Virus record (IMG/VR): IMGVR_UViG_3300043117_000361
Source of the DNA: an uncultured virus (IMG/VR IMGVR_UViG_3300043117_000361)
Taxonomy: Duplodnaviria > Heunggongvirae > Uroviricota > Caudoviricetes
DNA length: 64,000 nucleotides
Direction: 5' to 3' (one strand)
Part shown: piece by piece, positions 10,355 to 20,093 of the stretch
Layout of the letters: every line of letters begins with the position of its first letter
Position numbering within the stretch: position 1 is the stretch's first letter
Program-made: the position numbers and the translations under genes
Notes under the pieces: generated by a model
What the model saw: the letters and a program-made list of their open reading frames with translations, nothing else
Database searches by the model: none
What the model was told of the DNA's origin: nothing

Positions 10355-10621
10355 ATGCTGGTTGTCAATACGGCTAATTGTGATCTGAGGAAGTTCAGGG
10401 AATCAAAATATATTGATGATTTGATTTTAGGTTTTAAACCTGTACTGAAGAATGGTGATACTTTTACGGATCTTGAAAATAACAGCGTTGATATAGGCTG
10501 GAACTGCGTAAAGTCACGTGAGGCTACAAACAGAGCCTTAAGACCTTTGCGGCAGGTTAAATCAGCGTGTGTTATGTACAAAAGAAAAAAAAAATGCGGC
10601 AGCTGTAAGAAATGCCGTTAA
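10355..10621 (+). CDS. Hypothetical protein
   Basis: Short ORF, Cys/Lys-rich end. Confidence 0.5.
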   Translation: MLVVNTANCDLRKFRESKYIDDLILGFKPVLKNGDTFTDLENNSVDIGWNCVKSREATNRALRPLRQVKSACVMYKRKKKCGSCKKCR

Positions 10622-10759
10622 AACAATAACAGGTCAGAACTGTCGACTTATACGCGTGTATGCAAGGCCATGGGATTTAATCGCCTACGATGGCGAGCGC
10701 CTGGCAACTTGCGCGTACGAAGTCAAGAGTTTTAAGCCTGTGTAGACTATGGAGGCTTT

Positions 10760-12457
10760 ATGTCGGTAGTTTCTACTACAATGAGGTTAATGATAAAAAA
10801 AGCGGCAGTTGAGAGAATATTACGACCCCCGGACGATTGTGATTTGACGTTTACAGAGTGGGATAAAGGCACTGACGTGACGGCCAGATTTGACTCGATT
10901 GGGGGATATGCGTACTATCCTATGATGTTTTCCCGGGTTCCTTTTCTGTACGGCTATAATCAAAATATACTAAGGATATCCAAACCCATACCCTCCGAGC
11001 TGACAGGTAGCTATATAGGCAGGGCCAGTTCAGCCCTGTGCGCGTTTCCGGCAGTGCCCCTGTATAGGCCGGGTATGCTGTCTTCTAATATAGTTACTGT
11101 GACTACTACAAGCCGTATATTGAATGGTTTGCGTATTTATAGTCACGGTCCTTTAGCTGATTTTAGATGTCTGCCTGTGTCCATGCTGACAAAGTACGTG
11201 GCAAGTCAGAATTTAAATGACATTATGGAGCCTGAGGATGACCCGTCCGTGACTTTTGATAAACTGGCGTTTATCCTGACTACGACGTATTCAGGTGCTT
11301 CCCAACCTATGAGGTCAGGATTGGTGGACGACGCTACATCACTGGGAGCTCTCAATACTGTGCTTATGGCGGTTGTTCGTGGTAGTCGCCTGTATGGCCG
11401 CTTTAAAGAGGACGCCTACAGGTTTGTGGGCGTTACGGCCAGAGAGTTGGAGGAGAACATATCTGTAAGCTATGATGATATTGTCAAATATCTGGAGGCG
11501 AGTCACAATCCTGATGATGTTATGTTTGCAGTTCGTGATCATAATTGTCTGGTTATGGCTAATTCCACTCTTATCAACCAGCCGAGACTCTCAGCTGAAC
11601 GTAAACTTCAGTTTCCTAAAAAACTGGAGATTCTTGAAAAGTGTATCGATTATGTGCTTAAAACCTATATGAACGATGATCTGCGTAAAGATGTGATGGA
11701 GAGTAAAGCCAGATCCATCTATTCTTTTAATTTTTCCGACGACATGGCTAATGCTGTTAAAGGGTCTTTAAAGGAGCAGCTGGCATCTTACAAGGCCATT
11801 TATTCTGATAAAGTGTCAAGAGCTGACGCAACTATGAAAGAAGCTGTAAGGCTGTACAGTTCGGCTCGCAGTGAGTCCCAGGTTATACAGAGTATTGAGT
11901 ACTTTATATCCTCCGGTGACGTGAGTAAAATAACGCAGGATATAGAAAACGATATCAGAGCGGCCATGTGTACCAGAAAAGTTCTGGATGTGGTTGTTTA
12001 CAAGAAAAACAGGTTGCACATTTTTACGGATACTCTTGTTGTTAATGACGAGAAACTGTATGACATAGGTAAGTTCATTATTGATGTAGACATGGGAGTG
12101 TTTACCAGTAAGAGTAACGACATAAATGTTGGGGCCATACGCTTTGATAATCTTACCCGAAAGGTGGACGCGTACAACGCGGGCATGCAAGCTCCGCACA
12201 TATTCTCTAACGGCGAAGCCTGTTTCGGCTCTGCAATAAATGCCATGGTTGATGCTATTAAGGCAGGTAAAATAACACCTATCGCGGTTATCGGTATATC
12301 GTTTATTGAAACTGTCAACAGAGATGACGCTGCCGGCTGTAAAATTGATCGTTGGCCGACAATAACTGCTAAGGAAAATGCTCTTATTGAAAAGCGTGCA
12401 GCCGACAGGGTTGCTGAAAGGAAAAAAGGTAATTTGAGATATGATGCCATATTTTAG
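10760..12457 (+). CDS. Prokaryotic E2-like (UBC-fold) protein with long N-terminal extension and coiled coil
   Basis: C-terminal YDIGKFII...APHIFSNGEACFG (PH...G.xC.G E2 signature); adjacent to JAB, E1 and Ubl genes. Confidence 0.7.
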   Translation: MSVVSTTMRLMIKKAAVERILRPPDDCDLTFTEWDKGTDVTARFDSIGGYAYYPMMFSRVPFLYGYNQNILRISKPIPSELTGSYIGRASSALCAFPAVPLYRPGMLSSNIVTVTTTSRILNGLRIYSHGPLADFRCLPVSMLTKYVASQNLNDIMEPEDDPSVTFDKLAFILTTTYSGASQPMRSGLVDDATSLGALNTVLMAVVRGSRLYGRFKEDAYRFVGVTARELEENISVSYDDIVKYLEASHNPDDVMFAVRDHNCLVMANSTLINQPRLSAERKLQFPKKLEILEKCIDYVLKTYMNDDLRKDVMESKARSIYSFNFSDDMANAVKGSLKEQLASYKAIYSDKVSRADATMKEAVRLYSSARSESQVIQSIEYFISSGDVSKITQDIENDIRAAMCTRKVLDVVVYKKNRLHIFTDTLVVNDEKLYDIGKFIIDVDMGVFTSKSNDINVGAIRFDNLTRKVDAYNAGMQAPHIFSNGEACFGSAINAMVDAIKAGKITPIAVIGISFIETVNRDDAAGCKIDRWPTITAKENALIEKRAADRVAERKKGNLRYDAIF

Positions 12458-13226
12458 ATGTCATGAGTTTAATACAAGGTACGAGTCCTCCCTGGGGACT
12501 CCGTCGGTATATATCCAGCCTGAAGCTTTAGCTAAGATGTGGCATATAGTGGATCTATGTAATAAAGAGGTCGGCTGGCTTGGAACAGTTGTCAGAGACA
12601 ACATGAGTTTTCTGGTAACTGATGTTTTCCTTCTGGAACAGGAAGCGTCAATGGCAACCAATGAGCTGGACCCTGAGTCTATAGCTAAACTTGCCGGTGA
12701 GCTGATGGCCAAGGAGGAGAACAGTCTCGATCTTATTAACTCTCTTAAACTGTGGGGCCACTCACATGTCAATATGGATGTGGGTCCATCAGGCCAGGAT
12801 GACACTCAGATGGAAGAGTTTAATAAGAACGGGTCAGAATGGTTTTTAAGAGCTATTGCCAATAAAAAAGGCAAAATAAGATTCGATCTCTTTCTGTTTA
12901 ACCGGGATCTGGTAATTAAAGATATTCCGTGGTCACTGCATCTGCCCATAAGCGCGAGCATTAAAGAACAGGTAAAAAGTGAACTGGACGCCAAGGTGAA
13001 GGACTACACGTATAAAGGCTATAGTCTTGGATCCAGAAGGCGTCACAGTTACGGCGTTTACGGATTTGATTCGGATTTCGACAGCAGGCTGCCGGAAGCG
13101 TATAGAAAGCACCTTGAGGTCATAAATCCGGATGGTTCGACAGGAAGGGCGGAAGTAGGGTATATTCCGGACGCTTTAGATTCCGATAACGACATAGATC
13201 CGATAGTATACTGGTATACACAATGA
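12441..13226 (+). CDS. JAB/MPN+ metallo-isopeptidase
   Basis: EVGWLG...WGHSHVNMDVGPSGQD (E...HxH-x7-S-x2-D). Confidence 0.88.
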   Translation: MMPYFRCHEFNTRYESSLGTPSVYIQPEALAKMWHIVDLCNKEVGWLGTVVRDNMSFLVTDVFLLEQEASMATNELDPESIAKLAGELMAKEENSLDLINSLKLWGHSHVNMDVGPSGQDDTQMEEFNKNGSEWFLRAIANKKGKIRFDLFLFNRDLVIKDIPWSLHLPISASIKEQVKSELDAKVKDYTYKGYSLGSRRRHSYGVYGFDSDFDSRLPEAYRKHLEVINPDGSTGRAEVGYIPDALDSDNDIDPIVYWYTQ

Positions 13227-13912
13227 TAGATCCATTACGACATTTGAATGTTTTTAACCCTGAGCGCTTTAATGATAACGTCAATATAATAGGAGTGGGC
13301 GCTACAGGATCAAAAATAGTTATGAGTTTGGCCAAGCTCGGTGTAAAACATATAAACGTCTGGGATGACGATATAGTGGCTGAGCATAATGTTGCCAATC
13401 AGATTTACGGCAATTGCCATGTTGGCATGAAAAAATCTGAAGCACTTTACAGCATAGTCAAGGAGTATACAGGAACAGAAATAAAAATTAACGATTGTAA
13501 GGTTGGAGAAGAACCCGTAAACTTCTCCGGAGTTGTGTTTCTGCTCACAGATACAATGAAATCAAGAAAGGAGGTTTTTGAGAGTAGTCTTAAGTTTAAA
13601 TTGAGTGTTCGTTGGGTTATAGAGACTCGCATGGGTACGGATGTGTTTAGAGTCTATGCATTTAATCCGTCGTCAGTGACCCATATTGAGGCGTGGGAAA
13701 ATACGCTGTATGACGATAGTGAGGCAGAAGTTTCGGCCTGCGGTTCCACCTTTTCTGTTGGCCCCACGGCGGACGCCGTATCGGCTGCGGCCGTGTGGAA
13801 CTTCATACGCTGGAACGCATTATACAACCACAATGAAGACAATAATGACGATGTTGAGAATGAGTTGATTGTAGGGCTCAGGCCCTATTCGTGTTTATGC
13901 AACAAGTTTTAA
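13223..13912 (+). CDS. ThiF/E1-like ubiquitin-like activating enzyme
   Basis: IIGVGATGS, WDDDIVAEHNVANQ, VGMKK, LTDTMKSR, ETRMG, candidate catalytic Cys in SACG. Confidence 0.9.
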   Translation: MIDPLRHLNVFNPERFNDNVNIIGVGATGSKIVMSLAKLGVKHINVWDDDIVAEHNVANQIYGNCHVGMKKSEALYSIVKEYTGTEIKINDCKVGEEPVNFSGVVFLLTDTMKSRKEVFESSLKFKLSVRWVIETRMGTDVFRVYAFNPSSVTHIEAWENTLYDDSEAEVSACGSTFSVGPTADAVSAAAVWNFIRWNALYNHNEDNNDDVENELIVGLRPYSCLCNKF

Positions 13913-13937
13913 CTTACAAGGCAAGAAAGGATTAACT

Positions 13938-14369
13938 ATGCCTATCACAGTAAATATTGGTAAATTCCCCGGTTCCATTCAGTCCGTCGCGCTTGAGGAC
14001 GACGCTACCGTTTCAGACGCACTTTCCGTGTCCGGTATCAGTGACGAAGGATATGAAATTCGTCTTAATGGTTGTACGGCTTCTAGCTCTGACTCCCTGG
14101 ATGAGGGCGATTCGGTGATTCTGACTCGGAGGATCAAGGGCAACCAGCACCCCATCGTTGTCAGGGTTGGACGGGTTCCCGGCCGCCTGGCGCAGATCTC
14201 CGTTACAAGCGGCATCACTGTCGCTGGAGCGCTCGATGAAGCGGGTGTGCAGTTTGATTCCTCATGTGACAGTCTTTCCGTAAATGGTGTTACGACTTCC
14301 AACACAGCAAGTGTTCTGGAAGAGGACTCGTCTGTTCTTATTACGGCCAAGGTCAAAGGCAACAACTAA
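13938..14369 (+). CDS. Tandem ubiquitin-like (beta-grasp) protein, two domains
   Basis: Two ~70-aa repeats (V.IG.xPG...TV.xAL...NG...L.EG..V.L) ending RIKG-N and KVKG-NN. Confidence 0.85.
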   Translation: MPITVNIGKFPGSIQSVALEDDATVSDALSVSGISDEGYEIRLNGCTASSSDSLDEGDSVILTRRIKGNQHPIVVRVGRVPGRLAQISVTSGITVAGALDEAGVQFDSSCDSLSVNGVTTSNTASVLEEDSSVLITAKVKGNN

Positions 14370-14393
14370 GGTCGTTTGACTGTTGTGCATGTG

Positions 14394-14426
14394 ACAGGAG
14401 GAGCCTTATGGCTCCTCCTGTTTTTT
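14394..14426 (+). terminator. Rho-independent terminator after the Ubl gene
   Basis: ACAGGAGGAGCC-TTAT-GGCTCCTCCTG followed by a T run. Confidence 0.8.
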
Positions 14427-14472
14427 ATGTTGTTTATTTTTCATTTTTTCATTGTATTTTTGAGGTTTTAAT

Positions 14473-16239
14473 ATGAGAAAGTTTTTAGCTGTTCCTCTTG
14501 CAGGAGAGTCTCCAAGCAGTGCGGATTTGGACAAGATGATACGGTTTTTTCGGCCTGATTTAGTGCGGGTTGAGTCTGTTCTCGGGTTTGAGTCTGTTGT
14601 TATTAAGCTCTCTTTAGCCAGTGAGTTCTTTTCACGTGAGTTGTCGGTAAATAGCCTGGGTACGGTTATGTGCTCTCCAGACGTTTTAATAGTTGCAGCA
14701 AATGATCTAGTAATAACGGATTTTGGCAATTTTATTGATCGATTTATAGCGGCACATGCTGCGAATGATGTACAAGAAACGCGAGAGTCGCCGCCTATAA
14801 CGGAGGGTACATATAATACATGGATTGATGTTCGTGAGACTCCTGTTCCACCGCTGCCCCCTCAAGGACCAGAGAATCCGGTCGAGCAGCCAGAAAGGAT
14901 TTCAAGCTCTCGTAATTTTTTGGTGAAATTACGCCGGATCTGGGAGCAAAGTACTCCGGATACTTCTGCAAGGGCTGTAGAGTGTCCTTCGGTAATTCCT
15001 CTTATTTTAGATCTAGGTGTTGGTACTCGTAATTCCCGTGTAGACCTGAGTAGCTACAAAGTACACGTGCTATCTGGTGATCTGCGGAAAATAGAGTATA
15101 TGGGACATGAAGTGTGGTTTTCTGAGGGCGCTGTTTCTGATTTTGTGTTGTATCTCCCCATTGTAGCCAGTCTGGCTGCCAGAACTAGTGGCATTAAATA
15201 CGCTGTTATATACGGTACTTACTGTGATCCTACAGTAATTGCGCGTGGTCATATCTCATGTAATAAAAAGCTTGTACTCATGCCTAATGATTCTCATGCA
15301 TTAAGCAAGTTTGGCGTATTGGTAAGTTCAAACGACGGTACTGTAGGTTCTGCGTCAGTTCATCGCTTTATTGGTCTCGATTCTAATGAGTCCGAGTGTT
15401 CTGTTTATTCTTATGACATTTTTGGGTCTGGACGTAATGATATTCTTTCTGTTGAAAAACCTGTTTTTATGAATAATTCTGAGTTGAACACTATACGGGC
15501 TGTAGTATATTTGCCTACTATTTTTTGGATGGAGTACAGCCAGGTACCTTCATGGGTTGTTGATACTTTTTTGGATACGTTCAATCCCAGCGACTCTTTT
15601 GAAGGTATAGTTGTTTCTGATCCTGATGCTGTCGCGGACCGCCTAGGCTCAGATAAGTTTAAAGAGTTATCAGAGTCTCTTTCCAATGATCTGCGAGCGA
15701 ACACAGCAAAGTACAGTGAGATACTGTCTAAAATTGCAATAGTTAACGCGCTTTCTTTGCGTGGCATAAATATGTCTGAGCAGTTGGAGACACTGAATCG
15801 TACTCCTCTTGTTAAAAAGGCGAGTGCTTGGTCGTATGGCCCCGGTTGTGCAGCGGTTGTTGTAGATACTGAGTTCATCAAGTGTACTGATGAGGAGGGT
15901 ACTAAATATAATTTGGGAGAGTTTAGAATAATTATATCATCTGAGTCTAGTTCTAGTCTTCATGTAACCTCACTTAATGCGCACACTTCAAGTGTTAACA
16001 TATTAAATTTAACCAACCCAGTACGGGATGATGTTCCGGCTTTTGGGTGCCTACATGCTCCTCATGTTCTTCATGAGGAGGGATCGCCGTGTTTCGGTAC
16101 TGCCAGAGAGCCCATATTCCAGGCTTTATCGACCTTTCAGTACGATGTAGCTGTGATGCTTATTTTACAGTTTTTACAGTTTGTAAACATTCATGATGAG
16201 GCGGGGCAGTTTGTCATTAAGTGGCCTGTAGCTGTCTAG
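14473..16239 (+). CDS. Second prokaryotic E2-like protein, paralogous C-terminal domain
   Basis: YNLGEFRII...HAPHVLHEEGSPCFG...VNIHDEAG...KWP parallels the C-terminus of 10760-12457 (VNRDDAAG...RWP). Confidence 0.7.
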   Translation: MRKFLAVPLAGESPSSADLDKMIRFFRPDLVRVESVLGFESVVIKLSLASEFFSRELSVNSLGTVMCSPDVLIVAANDLVITDFGNFIDRFIAAHAANDVQETRESPPITEGTYNTWIDVRETPVPPLPPQGPENPVEQPERISSSRNFLVKLRRIWEQSTPDTSARAVECPSVIPLILDLGVGTRNSRVDLSSYKVHVLSGDLRKIEYMGHEVWFSEGAVSDFVLYLPIVASLAARTSGIKYAVIYGTYCDPTVIARGHISCNKKLVLMPNDSHALSKFGVLVSSNDGTVGSASVHRFIGLDSNESECSVYSYDIFGSGRNDILSVEKPVFMNNSELNTIRAVVYLPTIFWMEYSQVPSWVVDTFLDTFNPSDSFEGIVVSDPDAVADRLGSDKFKELSESLSNDLRANTAKYSEILSKIAIVNALSLRGINMSEQLETLNRTPLVKKASAWSYGPGCAAVVVDTEFIKCTDEEGTKYNLGEFRIIISSESSSSLHVTSLNAHTSSVNILNLTNPVRDDVPAFGCLHAPHVLHEEGSPCFGTAREPIFQALSTFQYDVAVMLILQFLQFVNIHDEAGQFVIKWPVAV

Positions 16240-16389
16240 TTTTAAGAGAGCCGGGTATTTTACAGTGGAGGGGCGGTGATTCAGTTCTGGTCTTATAGCG
16301 TTTTTCCGGCGCGTTTCTGATGATCTTGCCCTCCTCTGTATTTAACTAAATTATGTTGACAATTTAATTTAATAGTATAGTATACGTAT

Positions 16390-16959
16390 ATGTTGACACT
16401 TAGTGATTATGCAAAACAACATGGAATTAAGTATCGTGCAGCTTGGAACCGCTACAAACGGGACTTAATTCCTCGTGCGACCAAGAACGAGTTTGGAAAA
16501 ATTCTTATACCAGAAGACTCTCCTGGACGCCCGGAAAAAACCGCTGTGTATGCTCGTGTTAGCTCTTCTCAGAATAAAGATAATTTAGAAGGACAAGCAC
16601 TACGATTAACACAGTTTGCAAACGCCCGTGGCTGGTCTGTTGACGTGGTCGTAAAAGAGGTTGGGTCTGGTTTAAATGACCGGCGGCCCAAGCTTTTAAA
16701 GCTACTGGGGGATACCTCGGTAACACGTATTGTGGTTGAGCACAAAGACAGATTGACACGATTTGGTTATGCTTACATTGAACTGTTGGCACTTCGGAAC
16801 AAAGTTGAGCTTGTTGTTGTCAATAATGTGGATGGCGACAAACAGGACCTTATGCAGGACTTCGTGTCTCTGGTTACATCATTCTGTGCGCGTCTTTACG
16901 GCCTACGAAGGACCAGGAGAAAAACGGAACAATTGATCAGGGAACTACAACATGATTAG
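16390..16959 (+). CDS. tnpA: IS607 serine recombinase/transposase
   Basis: N-terminal HTH, YARVSS, EVGSGLN.RR, EHKDRLTRFG, SFCARLYG. Confidence 0.95.
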   Translation: MLTLSDYAKQHGIKYRAAWNRYKRDLIPRATKNEFGKILIPEDSPGRPEKTAVYARVSSSQNKDNLEGQALRLTQFANARGWSVDVVVKEVGSGLNDRRPKLLKLLGDTSVTRIVVEHKDRLTRFGYAYIELLALRNKVELVVVNNVDGDKQDLMQDFVSLVTSFCARLYGLRRTRRKTEQLIRELQHD

Positions 16960-18001
16960 ACGCATACAGTTCAGCATCAATGAGGCGAACACCGGCAAAC
17001 TACAAGAGCTCGACCGTGTTATTGATGAGTCTATCCGTGTTGTGAACCTGTTTATTGCCCGTTTATGGGAAGAGAAGAACTTCTCATCCAAATTCGTGAC
17101 ATTTAAAGTCAACACCTGGCTTTCTGCCCGTCTTCAACAGGCTCTTGGAAAGCAAGCTTTGGAGATTGTTAAGTCGCAGCGAAGGAAACGACATAAGACA
17201 AAACCTACATTTCGCAGACCAGTTATCAACCTTGATTCCAGGTTTATAGATATTGAGTTTGACCAGAACTCCTATGATATTTGGTTCGGGTTATCATCTA
17301 TAGGGGGCCGCATTATGCTCAAGCTTCCGTCTCGGAGGCATAAGCATATGTTAAGTCTCTTAGGTCGGGGCTACTCTCTTAAACAAGGATGCCGGTTGCG
17401 GCGTAATGGCGGCAAGTACTTTATAGATCTTTACGCAGAGAAACCGAAACCGGAGCCTGTTAAAGCAGGAAAGACGGTTGGTTATGACTGTGGCTACAAA
17501 GCATTGCTGGCCGACTCTGAAGGGCAGGAACACGGACAGGAGCTCGAACAGGTTTACGAGAAGATCTCTCGCAAGCGGCAGGGGTCAAAAGCCTTTAAAT
17601 GTGCGTTGACCGAACGCGACCAGTTGATTAATCAGACTGTTAACAGGCTCGATCTCGAAAACGTTAAGGAACTTGTGGTCGAAGACCTTAAGAATGTAAA
17701 ATACAAATCCAAGGGGAAAATCAGCAAGAAGTTTAATAACAAGCTGCAGCGCTGGAGTTATGTAAAGGTTTTGCATAAACTGGCATCTGTTTGCGAGGAG
17801 GCAGGCATTGCCTTTACAAAAGTCAATCCTGCTTATACCTCGCAAACCTGTAGCAAATGTGGACATACAGACAAATCTAGCCGCAAAGGCAAGCTCTTTG
17901 ATTGTGTGTCTTGTGGAGCCATGTTGGATGCGGATTTTAATGCCGCAATCAACATCCGCAACAGGGCAGTTTATAGTCGCCCTGCTTTATCCCCAGTGTG
18001 A
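16952..18001 (+). CDS. tnpB: TnpB RNA-guided nuclease (IS607-associated)
   Basis: GYDCG, VVEDL, YTSQTCSKCG, CVSCG, DADFNAAINI. Confidence 0.93.
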   Translation: MIRRIQFSINEANTGKLQELDRVIDESIRVVNLFIARLWEEKNFSSKFVTFKVNTWLSARLQQALGKQALEIVKSQRRKRHKTKPTFRRPVINLDSRFIDIEFDQNSYDIWFGLSSIGGRIMLKLPSRRHKHMLSLLGRGYSLKQGCRLRRNGGKYFIDLYAEKPKPEPVKAGKTVGYDCGYKALLADSEGQEHGQELEQVYEKISRKRQGSKAFKCALTERDQLINQTVNRLDLENVKELVVEDLKNVKYKSKGKISKKFNNKLQRWSYVKVLHKLASVCEEAGIAFTKVNPAYTSQTCSKCGHTDKSSRKGKLFDCVSCGAMLDADFNAAINIRNRAVYSRPALSPV

Positions 18002-18125
18002 TGAAATACTATTACTTTGGGAACTATTTTTTTTAGCTATTTTTTCTCGTTTATTGACTTGTATGTCTTTTTTTGCTACATTTGTAGACAATTCTTTTGT
18101 ATATTTAAGCGTTAGGACTAATTAA

Positions 18126-18293
18126 ATGAAAAAGACTGGCGTAGTTAAAAGTCGACTTACTCCCTGTTCAATCTGTGGCAGTAAAGATTCTGTTATAGTC
18201 AAGGACGGTTTGGCTTTGTGTGAGGCACATAGCAGAAGTATCAGCAAAAAAGCTAATGCTGTGCGGCTGCAAGACAGCGCAATAAAGGTGTAA
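18126..18293 (+). CDS. Small Zn-finger-like protein (55 aa, not in the ORF track)
   Basis: MKKTGVV...CSICG...CEAH; ends directly before the next gene. Confidence 0.55.
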   Translation: MKKTGVVKSRLTPCSICGSKDSVIVKDGLALCEAHSRSISKKANAVRLQDSAIKV

Positions 18294-18294
18294 T

Positions 18295-20058
18295 GTGAGT
18301 TATTCAAGATCTTTTCCAGGGAACTTCAGCTCTAAATTTAATCAGCTTAGTTCCTCTACAGGAGATTTTCCTGATCCATTTTTAGACATGGCTTCACTGA
18401 TGATGCCTTCTTCGCTTAAAAATGTATTAGATTTATGCGAAGCGATGTGGCTTAAGAATGGCGTCTATCGGATGGCGGCCGGGCGCATTGTAAGGTATTT
18501 TATAACCGATATAGACACTCCCAGTGACGTTGATGATAATTTTGTAGACTTTTATAAACGTCGATTTAATATTAATGAAAAGCTGATGCTACTCGGGGAT
18601 GATTTTCTATGCTATGGTAATTCGATTTCATCTGTATATACTCCTTTTAGGCGGTTTTTAAAATGCAGTAAATGCGGTTTAGAGCGTCTTATTGATAATA
18701 TAGGTGAATGGTCGTATAAAGAGTTTGAGTTCTTTGCTCGGTGTCCGGCGTGTAAAGCGAACCTTAAACACGATAGAATAGACAAAAAATCTACAGAGAG
18801 GGATAAGATAGCTCTTATAAGGTGGCCTCTTAATGAAATAAAAATAAAGTATCATAGAATAAGTCAGGACAGGGAGTATTACTGGAATATTCCAACAAAG
18901 TTCATTAACGAAATATCGTCCGGTAACCAGTTTTTTGTTAAAAGTACACCTGTCGAGATATTGGAATGTGTTAAACAGAGAAAGCCTTTTAAATTTTTTG
19001 ATGGCATTATTCACCACATGCGGGAAGACACTGTATGTGGAGTAGACTCGGGTGGTTGGGGGGTTTCCAGACTGTTGTCTAATTTTGCACAGGGTTGGTA
19101 TGTTCAAATTCTTAAGAGGTATAATGAAGCTCTTGCTTTGGATTATTCTGTTCCTTTCCGTCTGGTTACTCCCGCTAGGGGGAGGCTTGAAGATCCTCTC
19201 TTAAGGGTCGGTATGGGTGAGTTTAAGAATAAGTTCAGTCAGATTGTGAGAGAGCACAGGCAGGATCCTGCATCCTGGCATGTTCTACCTTTTCCTGTGG
19301 ATTATCAGGCGCTCAGTGGAGAGGCTAAAGATTTGACCACACCGGAACTCTTAAATCAGGGTATGGATGAGCTGCTAAATTCCATTGGAATTCCTGCTGA
19401 ACTGTATAAAGGTACCCTTCAATTTCAGGCTGCTCCTACTGCATTGAGATTGTTTCAGCAGACTTGGCCGCAACTTATTGGGGCTTTTAATGATTTTATT
19501 GAGTTTTCTACTACTGTTATATGCAATTACATGAACTGGCCGAGGCCTGAAAAAGTAAAGCTCAAACCTGTTACGATGGCTGACGACATAGAAATGCGTC
19601 AAGTCTGGTTACAGCTTGCTTCCGCAAATATGATAAGCAAACAGACGGCATTTTCTCCTTGGAATATTGACGCCAAGGAAGAGACTGAAAGGGCTTTAAA
19701 GGAGCAGGTAGAGTCTTCAAAGCTCATGCAGGAAGTTCAAGAAGATATGATGCAGAAGCAGATGCTTTCTGATCAGGTTTCTGGAAATATGCCGCCAGGT
19801 GCAATGCCGGCTGGAGCTGGACCTATGGGTGCCGGAGCCGCTATGCCGTCTGCGGCCATGACACCTCAGGATCTTCAAGGGCAGGCTCAGGAAATAGCGC
19901 AGCAACTGGTTACCATGCCTTATTCCGCCAGACGAAGTGAGATGCAGAACATTAAAAATACCAATCAGACACTGCATGCTTTGGTAAAAGCCAATATGGA
20001 GCAGATCAGAGGAGACGCCGAACTGCAGGGTAAGCTTGCTCTACAGGGTGGAATGTAA
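18295..20058 (+). CDS. Putative portal protein with Zn-ribbon insertion
   Basis: Size, helical N-terminal region, DDFLCYGN motif, CSKC...CPAC insertion, Q/M/A/G/P-rich tail; heads a virion-like gene cluster. Confidence 0.45.
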   Translation: MSYSRSFPGNFSSKFNQLSSSTGDFPDPFLDMASLMMPSSLKNVLDLCEAMWLKNGVYRMAAGRIVRYFITDIDTPSDVDDNFVDFYKRRFNINEKLMLLGDDFLCYGNSISSVYTPFRRFLKCSKCGLERLIDNIGEWSYKEFEFFARCPACKANLKHDRIDKKSTERDKIALIRWPLNEIKIKYHRISQDREYYWNIPTKFINEISSGNQFFVKSTPVEILECVKQRKPFKFFDGIIHHMREDTVCGVDSGGWGVSRLLSNFAQGWYVQILKRYNEALALDYSVPFRLVTPARGRLEDPLLRVGMGEFKNKFSQIVREHRQDPASWHVLPFPVDYQALSGEAKDLTTPELLNQGMDELLNSIGIPAELYKGTLQFQAAPTALRLFQQTWPQLIGAFNDFIEFSTTVICNYMNWPRPEKVKLKPVTMADDIEMRQVWLQLASANMISKQTAFSPWNIDAKEETERALKEQVESSKLMQEVQEDMMQKQMLSDQVSGNMPPGAMPAGAGPMGAGAAMPSAAMTPQDLQGQAQEIAQQLVTMPYSARRSEMQNIKNTNQTLHALVKANMEQIRGDAELQGKLALQGGM

Positions 20059-20093
20059 TATAATTATTCAAATAATGTACTTAAGTTTTTGAT

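Larger units (their letters stand above)
16340..18030 (+). mobile_element. IS607-family element (tnpA + tnpB); ends approximate
   Basis: Serine recombinase plus RuvC TnpB pair; promoter TTGACA-N17-TATAGT; 3' hairpin CAGGGC-AGTTTATAGTC-GCCCTG. Confidence 0.85.

Noticed and set aside
13223..14369. ThiF/ThiS or MoeB/MoaD cofactor biosynthesis
   Set aside because: No thiamine or molybdopterin genes; flanked by JAB and two E2-like genes; the Ubl lacks a terminal GG.
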